A DNA stretch of 64,000 bases from Octopus sinensis (lineage: Eukaryota): assembly GCF_006345805.1 (NCBI RefSeq), contig NC_043004.1:20584001-20648000 (forward strand). The letters are read 5' to 3'. Both the position numbers and the translations under genes were made by a program. The notes under the pieces are model-generated. The model searched no databases. It was given only the letters and a program-made list of their open reading frames with translations, and was not told the DNA's origin. Of the stretch, positions 12,728 to 27,140 are shown piece by piece (positions within the stretch are counted from its first letter, which is position 1; the number at the start of each line of letters is the position of its first letter).

Positions 12728-12834
12728 TACATACATATATACATATACATACATACATATATATATATATATTATATATATATATTATATATATATATAA
12801 TGTAAAGTGTACTAGCCATCTGAATGTGGCTAGC

Positions 12835-12911
<77 letters not shown>

Positions 12912-13439
12912 CAATAATTACATTAGCACACATACAAACATAAAAACACAGAAATTTTGTTTTTATAATGTCATTTCCAGTTGTAGTTTCCAATATCTGA
13001 TACCGAACCAATAATGAAATCACACAAGTCCACATTGGTTTATAGTCTTTATACATGGCACACAGGTTATTACAAACTGCATCAATTGGAGCTATGTATA
13101 TGTAAGATTTATTTGGACATCTACTTTGTATTCTATCTTCTCTTTCCCTATTTTTTTCACTACTCTCATCTGCTACAGATTCACTGCTTATCTGTCTTTC
13201 TCTATTTGCTGGCTAGCCTATTTGTCTACAAGTTATGTCTGTCTCCCTGTCTATCTGTTTGTGTGTTTGTCTGTCTGTCTACCTGCCTGTTTCCCTGCCT
13301 GTCAGTCTGTCAGTGTACTTGCCCACTTATCTATTGTCTGTCTGTCTGTTTATCTTTCAGTTCCTCTATCTGTCTGTCTAACATTCTGCCCATCTGTCCA
13401 TTTTCTGTCTGTCCATTTATATGAACGTGATTGTCTAAC

Positions 13440-13674
13440 TTATTTCTTTATTGCCCACAAGTGGGCTAAACATAGTGGGGACAAACAAAGAACAGACAAA
13501 GGGATTAAGTCGATTACATCAACCCAAGTGCGTAATTGATACTTAATTTATCGACCCCAAAAGGATAAAAAGCAAAGTCAACCTCCGCAGAATTTGAACT
13601 CAGAACGTAATGGCAGATGAAACACCACTTAGCATTTCGCCCAGCATGCTAATGTTTCTGCCAGCTCACCACCT
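13440..13674 (-). mobile_element. tRNA-derived SINE family B
   Basis: Reverse complement of 17565-17800: head GGTGAGCTGGCAGAA, core GACTTTGC..TTTCATCC..GGGGTCGATAAATTAAGTA, tail GGGCAATAAAGAAATA. Confidence 0.9.
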
Positions 13675-13709
13675 TTGTCTAACTATTTATCTCTTCAACA
13701 TATCTAGCA

Positions 13710-13784
<75 letters not shown>

Positions 13785-15031
13785 CATTTTTCTTTCCCCT
13801 TTCACCTCCTTGTATTTAGTTCTTTCATTCTTTTTGCATCTTTTCCTTCTGTTCTACATTTTCATTTTTTTTTCTCTGTTAGTCTTTCATTGTCTGTATG
13901 TCTCTATATTTCTCTTTCATTGATAATTCCTGAAAAACAGCTTGAAAATTATTTTGCTATAATTACTGTAGCATCATCATCAAATATTCTGTTTGTGCAT
14001 ATGTATGTATGTATGTATGTATGTATACACATACTAACAAATATATATATACGCACATACCTATATATGTGTGTACATACATAAAATTAGGTGTGTATAT
14101 ATGTATATATATGTATATATTTGTAAGTGTGTGTATATATGTGTGTGTCTGTGAATATGTGTATGTATGAATATATATATATATAAATAGATGAGTGTAT
14201 TTTTACCTTGTTAACAATTAACAGGGAAAAAATAAATAAATAGTTACCAAGGTAGCAAAAATCTCACAAGTAAAGATGTAACTCCTTGTTTATAAAGGTA
14301 GAAACTTCGTGTTTACGTTGAATATTTTGAATAATATATGAATAAATAAATGGAGTTTAACGCATATATATATATGCTATTCTTTGCAATTCTGAACTAT
14401 TTTTCATTATTTTTTCTAAAAATACTATAGTAAACACGGTTATAGAGCGAGCATACAGATGTAAGCATTGGCAAAAACATACATTTAGTGCATATAAGTA
14501 GTCTCTATCATTATATATAATTTAAACTTTAATTTCCTTTATATTTAACATTCACTATTGGTGTCCCTACTCTTTCTGTTAGCTACTTATGACGTTATAT
14601 CATCTAACATTTTTTTAAGCAATATTAATAGCGTTCTGTCTATCACTATACAAATCCATTATGTTTTGCTAAAATGTCTTATTGACAAGTTTCACTTTTT
14701 TCACTTTCCTGAGGAGAAGATTGCATTGTTTATACCATTTATTCTTTTGAATAGTATCAGTGAAATTTTCAAAACATGTGTCGAAAGTAAAAATATTTGA
14801 TTACTCCTGCATTAAACTCCATTTATTTATTCATATATATATATATATGTATATTAATGTTTGGTTCTATGTTCAGTTATAATAAAAATAATTTTACATT
14901 AATCTGATGGATTACTCCATGCTTTACTTTTGTAAAGTAAGAATTTATTATTCTTAAACAAGACTGTTGTTGAGAGTGACTTCGAAGTTTCAGCCAGCTA
15001 AGCTATCTACATTATTTAAATTTTTTAAGGG

Positions 15032-15105
15032 CGAGGACAAATATCCATCAAATGTAAATAATGTAAATAATGTACAGAATTCCTCATCTCTTAAATATAG
15101 AACTG
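15032..15105 (+). repeat. Isolated terminal fragment of the fold-back family seen at 60163-60686
   Basis: GAGGACAAATATC...AATTCCTCATCTCTTAAATATAGAACTG is shared with 60630-60686. Confidence 0.8.
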
Positions 15106-16370
15106 TATATGCTAAGCCATCATTGGACATTCCAACAATGACTTAGCTGGCTGAAACATTAAAGTCGTTATCGACATTCTTGTTTAAGAATAAAATATGT
15201 ATGTATGCATGTATGTATGTATGTGTGTGTGTATGTATGTATGTATGTGTGTATGTTTGTGTATGTATGTATGTATGTGTGTGTATGTATGTATGTATGT
15301 GTGTGTGTGTTATGTATATATGTGTATATATGTATCTGCAGGTATGCATGCATGTATATAAATTTGTATATATATAAATGTGTGTATATATGTATGTATA
15401 TGTATGTACGTATATATTTATGTGTGAGTGTGTCTGTGAGTAGGTATGGTGATGCAAAAAAATATATTAACACATACAAGCCTACATGAATTTGTAAACA
15501 CACACACACTGTGAAGTCAGCGTGGGTCATTCAATTATATTTCCTTGCAGAAATGTGAAGATCCTGTAGAAAGTATCTTCAATCAGAACTTCTGAATATA
15601 TTCTGTGTAGTAACATTGACAGAAAGGTTGTGAGAGTTAAATTAGAATGACATGTCATAGAATTGCTTTTAGCTTGAGATATCTAAGTGTTTAGTTTTTT
15701 CGCTTTTCTTTCAATTCAATTTCTGACAGAAAATGATTTACTTTTACAGTGTTACCCCTCTACTATAACCAATGCACACTTCCTGAAGCTGATAACATAA
15801 CTTTTAATTCTATATATGGTTTGAAGTAATGATTGTAAAATATGTAAGGCGCATTACCCCACTTGACAGCTGGTAAACAAGCTGGCTATACAGAGAGAGG
15901 GTGCAACACAACATTGAGGTTCAGACACATGACCTCATCTCTTACTCTTTTTCTGTATGGATATGCAAGCTATGAGGACACAACTTGACTGGCTCTGTCT
16001 TATTGCCACAGACCAGCTACAGATAGGAGCATAGCACAGAAGATCATGGCCCTTACGCACTAACCATTCTGTTTGTCCTTCCATTATGTATATATGTGTG
16101 GCCACAAATAAACGTGTTTAAGTTACAGCCTTGCTCGTATATGTTTTCCATCTGGGTTTACTACCAGCGAAATTACAGCCTTCTGAGTGTATATATACAC
16201 ATATATACATAACACACACACACATACACACACACATACATACATACACACATACATACATTCATACACACATACACACACACATACACACATACACACA
16301 CACGCACACACACACATATTAGATGGCTCAGTAATGACCTGCACCATCTAAAAATATTTGGAGATATCTA

Positions 16371-16735
16371 TGCACAGGCATGGTAGTGTGGTAAGAAGCT
16401 TGCTTCTCAACTACATGGTTCTGGGTTCAGTCCCACTGTGTGGCACCTTGGGCAAGTGTCTTCTACTACAGCTCCAGCTTTGTGAGTGGATTTGGTATAT
16501 AGTAACTGAAAGAAGCCTGTTAAATATATATTTATGTGTGTCTGTGTGTGTGTATTTATGTCTTTGGGTCTGTGTTTGTTCCCCCACCATCACTTGACAA
16601 CCGATGTTGGTATGTTTAGGTCCCTGTAACAAAAGAGACCAACAGCCCTGAGGTAGATTTCTTTGACTAAAACCCCTTTAAGGCAGTACTGCAGCATGGC
16701 CATAGTCAATTGACTGAAACAAGTAAAAGAATAAA
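16371..16735 (+). mobile_element. SINE family A copy
   Basis: Head, CORE-like region and CAGCATGGCC..TGACTGAAACAAGTAAAAG tail. Confidence 0.85.
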
Positions 16736-17564
16736 AAAACTAAAAGGATATCAACTAATAACACTTTCAGGGTTGGTGTCTCTGGGGGGTCAGAGTCAAT
16801 GTGAAAGTATAATTTTATTTTTTTATCTGGGATCTTTAAAAAAGAAGACTATCAGGTTGTCTACAAAATGCATCGTTGAAACACTTCAGTACTAAATTGA
16901 TTAAAAATTGAAATGCGAAATTTTAGGAAACAACTGTTGTTGTTGTTGGTGGTGGTGGTGGCGGTGGCGGTGATGGTGGTGGCGGCGGCAGCGGTGGTGG
17001 TGGTGGCAGAGACAACAGTGGCAGCTCTAGTGCTGGTGTTTTTGGTTGTCAGCATCAGTAAAATACATAATCCCTTGGAGATTTCATAGATTTCTGTAAG
17101 TTGATTTGCTACAAAGGGGCGAAAGAAAGCAATATTTTCTGCTCAAGTCCTCCTCCTCCTCCTCCTGCTCTTTCTCCCTTTCCCCACTTCCTGTTCTTTC
17201 TTATAAATAAGTCAAACAACTATATACATGCCTCCATTATTGGCTTATATATTTATGTGTTTGATTAGAAATAAATGAACTTTAGGTTTGCTAAAATATG
17301 CTTGTGACATATTTCAATATCTGTCTTCCATGCTGGATCCAAACTGGCTGGAGAACTGCATCAAGTTCTGTCGTCTATGGCTGCATGTTCTTCTTAATGC
17401 CAACCAGTTTACACAATGTACTGGATGCTTTATACATAATACCAGCATTAGTGAGGTCGCTTAGCAACTTGCAAAATTATAAAAAGAAGCTTTCTTGAAT
17501 TAGTGGATTTGAAGTGGAGGAGATGATTTTGTGCCAGCTGTTGAGAGACTAATGGATGATAGAA

Positions 17565-17800
17565 AGGCAGTGAGCTGGCAGAATCGTTAGCACGCCGGGC
17601 GAAATGCTTAGCAGTAGTTTGTCTGCCGTTACGTTCTGAGTTCAAATTCCACTGAGGTCGACTTTGCCTTTCATCCTTTCGGGGTCGATAAATTAAGTAC
17701 CAATTACGCACTGGGGTCGATGTAATCGACTTAATCCCTTTGTCTGTCCTTGTTTGTCCCCTCTATGTTTATCCCTTTTTGGGCAATAAAGAAATAAGAA
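17565..17800 (+). mobile_element. tRNA-derived SINE family B
   Basis: A-box-like TGGCAGAATCG, B-box-like GAGTTCAAATTCC, conserved central core, AATAAAGAAATAAGAA tail; second copy at 13440. Confidence 0.9.
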
Positions 17801-18445
17801 AGACAGGCAGTGAAGAGATACATAGCTCCCCTGCATTATCTAACTGTGGGTGGGAGTAGATGGAAAGAATCTAATGATGTTGGTGATGAGGGGTCAGTAT
17901 GTACTCTCAAGTTGCAACAAGGGCAAGTAGGAGAGAATTCAAACTGAAGATTGAGAAGGCTGGGTGAATACGTTCTTGTAAGTGTGAGAGGAGAGGGACA
18001 AATGGCTAAAGATGGGGAAGGAGAAGAATGCAATGAAAGTATTAGAAAGGTGAGGGATAAAATAAAGAAATAGCTCAGGAAGGAGACGGTGACTTGTGGC
18101 AATACATGAAGAGCAGGGAACAACAGTATTATAAACCTGTAGATGCATCAGAAAATAAGATCATATATTGTGTAGGAGAGTGAGGGGAGGGAGAGATATA
18201 TACAGGGACAGAGATGGATATCAGAGGTATGTAGTAGTGGTTGTAATGAGTAGGTGGCAGAAGGGCATTCATAGCAGATATGAGAGGATTTTGAGATTTA
18301 TAGATTGGTGGGAAGCTGTTGCAGTGGACAAATGTGTTTTTTTTTTATGTCTTTTAGCATAAAAGAGAGTATTTTCTTCATGGTAACTGCAGGGCAATTG
18401 CTTTTAGGAGTTGAAATATGTCCAAAAAATATTTTTAACTAACCT

Positions 18446-18622
18446 TTTTATGTGCCACCGGTACAAGGACCAGGTGAGGCTGGCAACGGCCACGAACGGA
18501 TGGTGCTTTTTACGTGCCACCGGCACAAGGCCAGTCGGGGTGGCGCTGGCAACGGCCACGTTTGGATGGTTCTCTTACGTGCCACCGGCACTTTTATCTT
18601 AGCTGCAATTTCCATTGATCGA
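18446..18622 (-). mobile_element. Internal fragment of the RTE 3'-UTR subrepeat region
   Basis: Reverse complement matches 53560-53715 (GGCACATAAAAAG, CCATCCGTTCGTGGCCGTTGCCAGC, TCGATCAATGGAAATTGC). Confidence 0.85.
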
Positions 18623-20515
18623 CACTATACTTATTCCATGTCCTCACGTTGTTGTGTTTTCTCATTCATAATGTTTGGATTAACTATAATATATATATAC
18701 ATATATGCATAGAGTTATAAACGTTGGTAAGAAAAACAAATTGTCAGTAATTTACAAAAGGCTCCTAAGATGTTTGTTTTGAGTTAGACTCCTTCACGTC
18801 GGTGTTATAATCAGATATGAAGTGAGTCATTGAAACTATTTTTTGCATGTTGTGATATTGAATTAAGCATAAGTCATCAAAGGTGGATGTATTTTGTCCC
18901 CTCAAAATTATATTTTCTCAAAACTGAATCTAATGCATATTTATGCATATAGAAATAAATAACAAGTCAACTAAAGTTATTTCCTGTTTGTGGTTCAAAA
19001 TATTAATTTCAGTAATATCAGAACCATAATTCACTACACAAGGAGAGAATTGGCAACCATCATAATATATTTCAACATTTTAAAATAATCCTTTATTTCT
19101 ATGTTATTTTCAACCAATCAGCACCAGATAAAAGTGCATTTTCTCCGTTAGAAATAAACTTGTATATACAAATTGCTGTTCCACAATTGATTTACAGTTG
19201 AAATGTTCTTCCTTCCCTATTTAAGACAAAAAAAAGAAAAACAGATTCCATAATGATTTAATAACCATTTCCTTCTAAACAGACACAAAACAAAAATCTT
19301 TAAAATTACTAATTGTTTTATGGAAGACAAAACAATGAATAAGAAATGTGTATCATTAATCTTTAATATAGAGAAAAGATATAGAAAAAGGAGAAAAGAA
19401 TTATTCCTTTGGGTAATCGATTCTCGTGGCAGTTCAGTTGAAATGAAATTATTACTAGTTTTTACTTTTCTGTGTTTATCAATTTAAATATCATCAAATT
19501 ATCTCAATAAATACTTTGGTCTGTATGACCAATTTTACAGTTGATCTATTTAAGGTGTTTCTTGAAGCTGCTGAAATGTTTCTTTTATACATCCTGCAAT
19601 GTTGTGATGACACAAAGTCTACATCAACTGCTATATTTTAGTTACTTGTTACAAGTTGATGACTTGGAAATATAAATTCAATTTAACTGTTTATATGCAC
19701 AATTTTTTAACCCTACCTTGCTATTATTATTCCTATCTCAAATGGCTGTATATTTTTGTTGATGGAAATATTTGATTGTATATGCAGGGTTATCTAAAAT
19801 GTCACTGAAATATTTTCACCTTCTAAACAAATAAAGCAAACAGAACCAACACGAACCAACTTTTCTTTTAAAGACTTTGTCAAAAGAGAAGAGGTAACAG
19901 CTGTGATCCTTATCAGGGTCTTCAAGAGTGGTGATAATATGGGTGGAAGTTATCAATAATCTAGAGATCTGGCCTGAATACTTGAAAGAGAGTGGATTCT
20001 GTTTAAAGGCTGCCCTAATGCCAGGCAGTGATGTTAAACTATTACCCAACAACAGAAATAGCTCCCTGACAGGTTTCCTCACAGTTTCTATCAACTATAT
20101 TTCATTCAAAAAGCTTTGATTGACCTGTGGCAGTGGTAAAACATACTCACTCAAGGCGTGACTCAGTGAGATTGAACCTAAAACTAGGTTGCAATGCAAA
20201 CATCATAAACCACACAGCCATACCTATGCTCATTTTTGCTCATCTTTGGTCATATTCTCTTCTGTTGGTGGTTTTACTCAAAGGAAATATTTGCAAAGTG
20301 TTGTATTACCCTTGAATACTGTCCTGATGTCATATGGGCTATATGACATACCTAAACTTCAATTCCCACCATCCATACAGTGCAAATAGAGGGATTACTC
20401 AGTGCCTAAAACATCATGCAAAGAATATAAGTAGCGATTGTGATACACACCATGAAGAAATGTTCAAGCTCAATAACAATCTATTAAGCAGCAACTACAC
20501 CAAGAATAATCAAAA

Positions 20516-20940
20516 TAGGTGCAGGAGTGGCTGTGTAGTAAGTAGCTTGCTTAGCAACCATATGGTTCCAGGTTCAGTCCCACTGCGTGGCACCTTGGGC
20601 AAGTGTCTTCTACTATAGCTTCGGGCCGACCAAAGCCTTGTGAGTGGATTTGGTAGACGGAAACTGAAAGAAGTCTGTTGTATATATATATATATATGTA
20701 TGCATGTGTGTATATATGTTTGTGTATCTGTGCTTGTCCCCCAACATCGCTTGACAACCGATGTTGTTGTGTTTATGTCCTTGTCACTTAGCAGTTCGGC
20801 AAAAGAGACTGATAGAATAAGTACTAGGCTTACAAAGAATAAGTCCTGGGGGTGATTTCTTCGATTAAAGTGCTCCAGCATGGCCACAATCAAATGATTG
20901 AAACAAGTGAAATAGTAAATAGTAAAAATAGTAAAATATT
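20516..20940 (+). mobile_element. SINE family A, full-length copy
   Basis: Colinear with 55324-55743 from head to tail. Confidence 0.9.
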
Positions 20941-22622
20941 GAAACATCTAAATAAGATCTTAGGTTTTCATTGAAATGCTTTTATATTCCATGAATTTAT
21001 TTATGATTTTTTTTTTTTTTTGAGAATTCCTATTAGTGTGAGTAGTGGAGCTGATACATAATGCTACATGTAATGAATAACATATCACTGAATATCAGTC
21101 AGAACATTTATACTTTGCACCTCCATAATTTAATACATGTCTGTTTGCAAATAATATGCCAGCTTATTGTCAAGACCATTTTAAAAAATGCATTATCATC
21201 CCCTCACAAAAAGCAATCAAGAGAATAAAAAAATGGGAAATAAGCGTTTCATTTTTCATCTCATAATCACTTATAGAAAGAGGAAAGAAAGAAATGATTG
21301 TGTAGAATTTCAGCAAGCAGATGTATTATTGTTTTTTTTTGTTTTTTTTTAATTTTTCATCAATTTACTCTTTCCTTTATATAGCTAAATTGTTGAATGA
21401 TGTTTAGCCAAGTAAAGCATAGGTTATCAGAGAAAGTAACACATTGTTAATGATAGCTGACATTTGTGTTCGATGTAAGTAAAATTTGACATCTTATGAT
21501 ATAATAGAATATAGAAACTAGAATGAAAGGGAGAAAAATATAGAATCTGAACTTGTGAAGAAAACTAATTTCAGAAGCTGACAGCAGCTTGTCTTTTTGG
21601 TCATGATTCACAGAAACAGTATCTCTGGCGTAAATAAGCTTAATGCTCTTAAACTGAGCTTAAATTTTCCTCGGAATATGATAGATTTGCTTCATATAAA
21701 CACACACACACACACGCACACACACACACTCTCACACTCATTGCACTGAAATATCTGTAGAAAACGCATACAGAAAGGCAAATCTCAAATATAAAGAAGA
21801 TTTTATAGAATTTGGTTTGAGAAATTTCTTTATCCACCATCTTAGTACATTTCTTAGAAAGCTATATGCATTAACAAAATTATATGCAACTGGCAGGGTA
21901 GATGGGGTAAATATTGTCAGATTGCCAAAATAGACACTGTTCTTTTAGGATTCTTGCCCATTATTTTTATCCAATCATAAATACAAATACAAAAACAGGA
22001 ATAAGCTTTTGGAAATTTCAATATTTATAAAAAGAAAATTTAGTAACAAAAGTAGAGACATAAACTAAAACATTTTAGTTACACTAAAAGGAATAGGAAT
22101 ATAGCTAACGATTCCTGGACATTTTTATTCAAACTGAAAGAATAAATAACAGAAATATAGTCAATAATTCTTCCGCCATCAACCTTGTGGTACCATTGTA
22201 TGGTAAAATAAGTTAGTAAACGTATTAAAATATCATCTCATTTATACCACAACTGAAATGGTTTAAATGAAAATAGACAATGGATTAATTGATATGTAAT
22301 AGAGAAAAGTTTTTGGAGGGGAAATGCACCTGACATTCTGATCAGAACCATAACCACATCAAATTTCCCTTCAAAGCAAGTAGAGTGGGCAAAGGATTTT
22401 TCTGGGGATTCCTAGTCTGGGATTTGTACAAATGTACCTGTGGATGATCACTATTTTGTGCATAAGTGGGAACAAATGCACAATTCAAGTTTTCTATCAG
22501 TAGCAAAGCAGACCTGTTATGTTAAAACTGCTCTCCATAATTACCTGGGGATAGGGTAATAAAAATTCCTACAATAAAGTTTGCCCAGTTATTCCTGTCA
22601 GTAGCCATGGCTATGGGAAATG

Positions 22623-22920
22623 AAGGCATATAGCTTAGTAGTTTGAGTGTTGAGTTTACTTTCATGAGGTTTGAGTTCGATTTCCAAACTGATCTGTGTG
22701 TTGTGTTCTTGATTAAGACACTTTATTTCACATAGCTCCAGTTCACTCAGCTGTAGAAATAGGTTGCAACATCACTGGTGCCAAGATTTTCCCTTGGATA
22801 ACGCCAATGGCTTGGAGAAGGGAGACTGTTATGCATGGACAACTGCTGGTCTTCCATAAACAACCTTACCTGGACTTGTGCAATCCCATGGTTATTCATG
22901 ACCGAAGGGAATCTTTACTA
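22623..22920 (+). mobile_element. Diverged SINE family C copy
   Basis: GGCATATAGCTTAGTAGTT head, GAGTTCGATTTC B-box, TTCTTGATTAAGACACTT..CAGTTCACTCAGCTG core. Confidence 0.65.
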
Positions 22921-23831
22921 TCCATGGTCATTCACTTTGCAGCAGTGACAATCAGTGTTAGAATAACTTTAAATTTTGCTTGAGAATATATACACTTTTC
23001 AGGATAATAAAAAAACAAGTACAGAAAGGAAAACAATTTTAGTTGTTCAGTTTTTATCATCTTACAATATCAACTTGCCATAGATATTGACACAAGGCTC
23101 ACAGAAAATTACTTTTAAATCAGGACCTACATCCAAGAACTAGGTGGGAACCCAACTGTTAAAAAAAACCCCAAAACATCCAACAAAGATGGTAAAGCAT
23201 CAAGCCAAGATGAAATGTCTTCTGAGATTTATGAATTTTATGGATGTACAATTGTCAAAATCTCTCACTAAACTCTTTTACAAGATTGCTCCTCTATATA
23301 AAAATAAGAGCAAAATTCATAAGCATGTGACAATCCCTATGGAATAATGTTCCTCTCAGTTACTGGAATAACCCTTGCTCATGTTATTTTATTTAGAATC
23401 AAAACACATCTGGTTCACAAATTATATTTGGGTAAGTTGCTGGTATGGATTTTAAGCTAGACAAGGCACAGACCAGATAATATGGTCTTTGTATTAAGGC
23501 AAGTTTAGCAGGAAGTTAGAGAGCATTACAAGGAATTATCCATTAGATGTTGTGTCTAAGGAGGTTCATATAAAATGTTCTACCAAAAATACGTATTCCA
23601 GACAAAAACTGTTACTTTCTCTTTTCATAACTTTCTGACATCAACTAATTTCTAACAGTCAATGTTTTGGTCCTTTCATGTTTCAAATGGAAATAAAAAA
23701 GCTGTGTTATGAGTTTAAGTATGGAGTTGATGACTGCAATGCTAGTGTAAATGTTCTGTTTTGTTCCAGTACAAATTTGTTCAATGCACAGTGGCCCGAC
23801 ATAGATACTAGAACTTAGCATGAATTTATAT

Positions 23832-24198
23832 CTTCTTTTACTTGCTTTAGTCAGTTGTCTGTGACCATGCTAGAGCACTGTCTTGAATGAACCAACCCTA
23901 ATACTCTTCTTTTAAGCCTGGTACTTATTCTATCAGACTCTTTTGTCGAACTGCTAAGTTACAGGGACTTAAACACACCAACATTTGCTGTCAAGTGGTG
24001 GTGGAGGACAAGCACAAACACAAAGGTGAATATACGCACACACACACATGACAGGCTTCTTTCAGTTTACCTCTACCAAATCTACTCACAAGGCTTTGGT
24101 CAGCCTGAGGCTATGGTAGAAGACACTTGCCTAAGGTGCCACACAGTTGGACTGAACCCAGAACCATGTGGTTGGGAAGCAAGCTTCTTACCACACAG
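23832..24198 (-). mobile_element. SINE family A copy
   Basis: Reverse complement of the SINE A head, body and tail. Confidence 0.85.
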
Positions 24199-24204
24199 TG
24201 ACAT

Positions 24205-24360
24205 CTGCACCATATGTGAACTACTTCTTGCAGATCATTTGTGCAATCACAAATAATTTTTTGAAAGATCATTCTTTGGAACTGATGCAAGATCATATGA
24301 ACAAAATTTCCAAAGTAGACAAGGCTTTTGGTCTCAATCTTATCACAAAAAACTGAACTC
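24205..24360 (+). mobile_element. RTE-type RT fragment (degenerate xADD motif region)
   Basis: Two frames give ICELLLADH... and HSLELMQDHMNKISKVDKAFGLNLITKN, resembling RTE ELLFADDCALVAHS...LQ...FSKA...FGLTI. Confidence 0.6.
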
Positions 24361-25462
24361 AAATGTGTAACAATCAAGCTCCATCATAAAAATCAATAAC
24401 CCATTTATATATCTTCAGTTTATTTTGCTTCCTTGATTCTATAGTAACCTTGAATGCTAGGCTTGCAGGTGAAATCATGGTGTCTTAGAAAAGCCAGCGT
24501 TACTTTTAGAAAATTATCTGAGTGTTGTTGGAAAAACCATGCTGTGTCACTTAATATAAATATTCAAGTTTATTGTAGTGTAGTTATCTCAATATTATTT
24601 TATGAATATGGGAAATAGACAGAATACAGAAATGAAATCAGCTCTCTAAATGCATTTTACATGAGCTGTTCATATTCAGTGTGTAACATTTCATGGAATG
24701 ATCAGATACCAAATAGCAATATTCTTGAAAAGTATAACAACAGTATGTGCAGGAGTGACTGTGTGGTAAGGTAATTGCTTTGTGGTAAGATTGCTGTGTG
24801 ATAAGAAGATTATGATGATCTTTCAGGATCACCCAACTGATAAAAAAAAAAAACTGGCATACATCGAAGCCAACAGTTGAATACTAACCAATTGGTCATA
24901 AGCCAATATCAAAATCTTTTACATGGTCACTATTTGTACCTTTTATGGTCTTGTAGTATCACCAAGTATTAGGACATGAATAGCTTGCTTCCCTGTGCAT
25001 GCATTGGTCAGTGTTTTCTTTGCACTGCTAGGAGTCACAAAACCAACATCATGAATTATTGAACAAGTGAAGCACAACTGCAAAGTAAGACATTTGTTTT
25101 TTGGGGGATTCAGTGGGAGTTTGTTGCTCATGTTTATTTATTTTATCGAACAAGAAATCTCCACTGAGTTCCTGGCAAATTGTCTACCTGTGGTTGTGTT
25201 CAAAGTTTCACTTAGTGGTGAGAAGTGTGTGTTTTGGGGAGGGCGTATCCCTCCTCCTATAATTGAGCTTCTTTCTTTACCATTTTTTGGTGAAATTGTT
25301 GTGTGACTGTTTTGTGCCCTGGATTACCAAGAGGATTACCAAGCTGGCCAGGAGTATCAGGACAGCCAGAATAGTTTGCTGTGTTTTTGAACTGGTACTT
25401 GTCTTTTTTCTTTCTTCTTGCATTTTGTTTTTTGAACTCTGTGAACTTTTTTCCCAAAAGTC

Positions 25463-26200
25463 ATGGCAAGAAAGATAAACAACACTACATTAGAATGGGA
25501 GATTGTCCCACCAAAGAAGTGGATGAAAAACTTTGAAGAGAGGACAGTGGTGTTAAGGACATACTCAAAGTCACTCGACACCATTGCCCTCTTTAAAAAG
25601 ATTCAAATTGAAAAAGAGTTGGCAGAGTATTTGCCAACTATTAAATTTATCAGCAGGGTCAAATATGCAATGGTGGGGTTGCTATTTGACACCCCTGAGG
25701 AGGCTCACAAATTTGTGAGCTCATGTAGAGGGCAAAGAGATTTTGTTTCTTCCCACGTATGGTGGGAAGAAGTTGACAAGAGCTAGGGTCTGCTGTTTGC
25801 CAGCTGGGCTAAAACTCAAGTAGATAGAGGACACTATCCACTAGGGTCTGGGTGGCAGCAGACCCAAGCTGCTTAATGTTAAAATTTTGCCGGTGGCTGA
25901 TTGGGTTGGGTCAAAGCTGTTTTGACCCTGTGGACTCAATCAGCCAAGAATCTGGTTTTTCCAGATCTTTTGAAAATGGCCAGTTGCAGGGATCCAGTGA
26001 TACTTGAGGGACGCCCGCTCCCAAGTGTCACCTGTGCCTGGAACCAGGCCACATTAAAAAGAACTGTCCCCAGGACCAAAGTAGAGTCCTGGAACTGTTG
26101 GTTGTGGAACCTCCCTCCTCCTCCTGAGGGAGAGATGGAGGTAGTTGAGGAGGCAGAGACCTCCCCGAAAAAAGGGGAATAAAAGGAAGAAGGTGGGCAA
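25463..26200 (+). mobile_element. Disrupted ORF1 (gag-like) of an L1/Tx1-type non-LTR retrotransposon
   Basis: 107-aa ORF followed, after stops and a frameshift, by the zinc knuckle CHLCLEPGHIKKNC (CX2CX4HX4C) at 26026-26067 preceded by EGRP, then a low-complexity E/K/P-rich tail. Clade assignment is inference. Confidence 0.7.
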
Positions 26201-26710
26201 CAATGGTTGCTCACCAAAGGACTCTAAAACTGCAGGAGGGAGGGATGATCCTCCAGTTAAAGCAGAGGAACTACCCCCTCCTGTATCAAAGACATCACTC
26301 ACAACTCAAAATGTGAGATCCCACTTCACAAGAGGTGCTTGTCAGCCACCATCATTTAACTTGATTGAATTTTTTGATTTTATGCAATTTCCACCAATTT
26401 TATCAACTTTTTATCAGTCCTACTTTAATTTAGCTTTTATCAGATGCTTTTGTCTTTGAGTGCTCAAAAGTCATTCTTGACAGGAAGATCCATCCTTACA
26501 TAAAAGGCAATTCAAGAGCCTCCGAGGTTTTAATTCTGAATATCATTTTAATCCTAGTAAAACTCCTGAATCACCCTGGATATATATATATATATATATA
26601 TATTGATAATGGCATGAAATTGTGTTCGACATCCTGGCCAATAACTGATGAGGAGTTGGTGACCTTCTGTGTCTGTTTTCTGTTTGTTTATTACTATATG
26701 TTTTGATTTC

Positions 26711-26754
<44 letters not shown>

Positions 26755-26954
26755 CGTACACATCTCAAAGCCACTATTTTATTCTCTTGCCAGTTCCATC
26801 TCAATCAGCCTCCCATGCAATGAGAGCACCTATGAAGCTCTTCTACACCAAGAAATCTGTTCTGATCTGGCCCCTTCTCTCATAATTTAACCCCTCATCT
26901 CCCACATAAAGCCACTTCTCTCAGGATTCATATTCATGCCAGCTGGATGGTACC

Positions 26955-27140
26955 TTCATTAGTGCTGGTGGCATGATAAAAGGCACTCAGTAGACACTGT
27001 AAAGGGGCATTAGGAAAGTTATCTAGCCGTAGAAACCATGCCAAAGTAGGCATTAAAACACAATGCAGTTCTTGAACCCATTGGATCTTGTTAAACTGTC
27101 CAACCCATACCAGCATGGAACATGAATGATGAATGATGAT
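26955..27140 (+). mobile_element. RTE 3'-terminus fragment
   Basis: Diverged match to 53745-53936 (GGCATxxAAAAGGCAC...CTAGCCGTAGAAAC...TGTCCAACCCATxCxAGCATGGAA + GAT-rich tail). Confidence 0.75.

Noticed and set aside
19816-20094. 92-aa minus-strand ORF as a host exon
   Set aside because: No recognisable domain and only weak splice signals; cannot be supported without RNA data.
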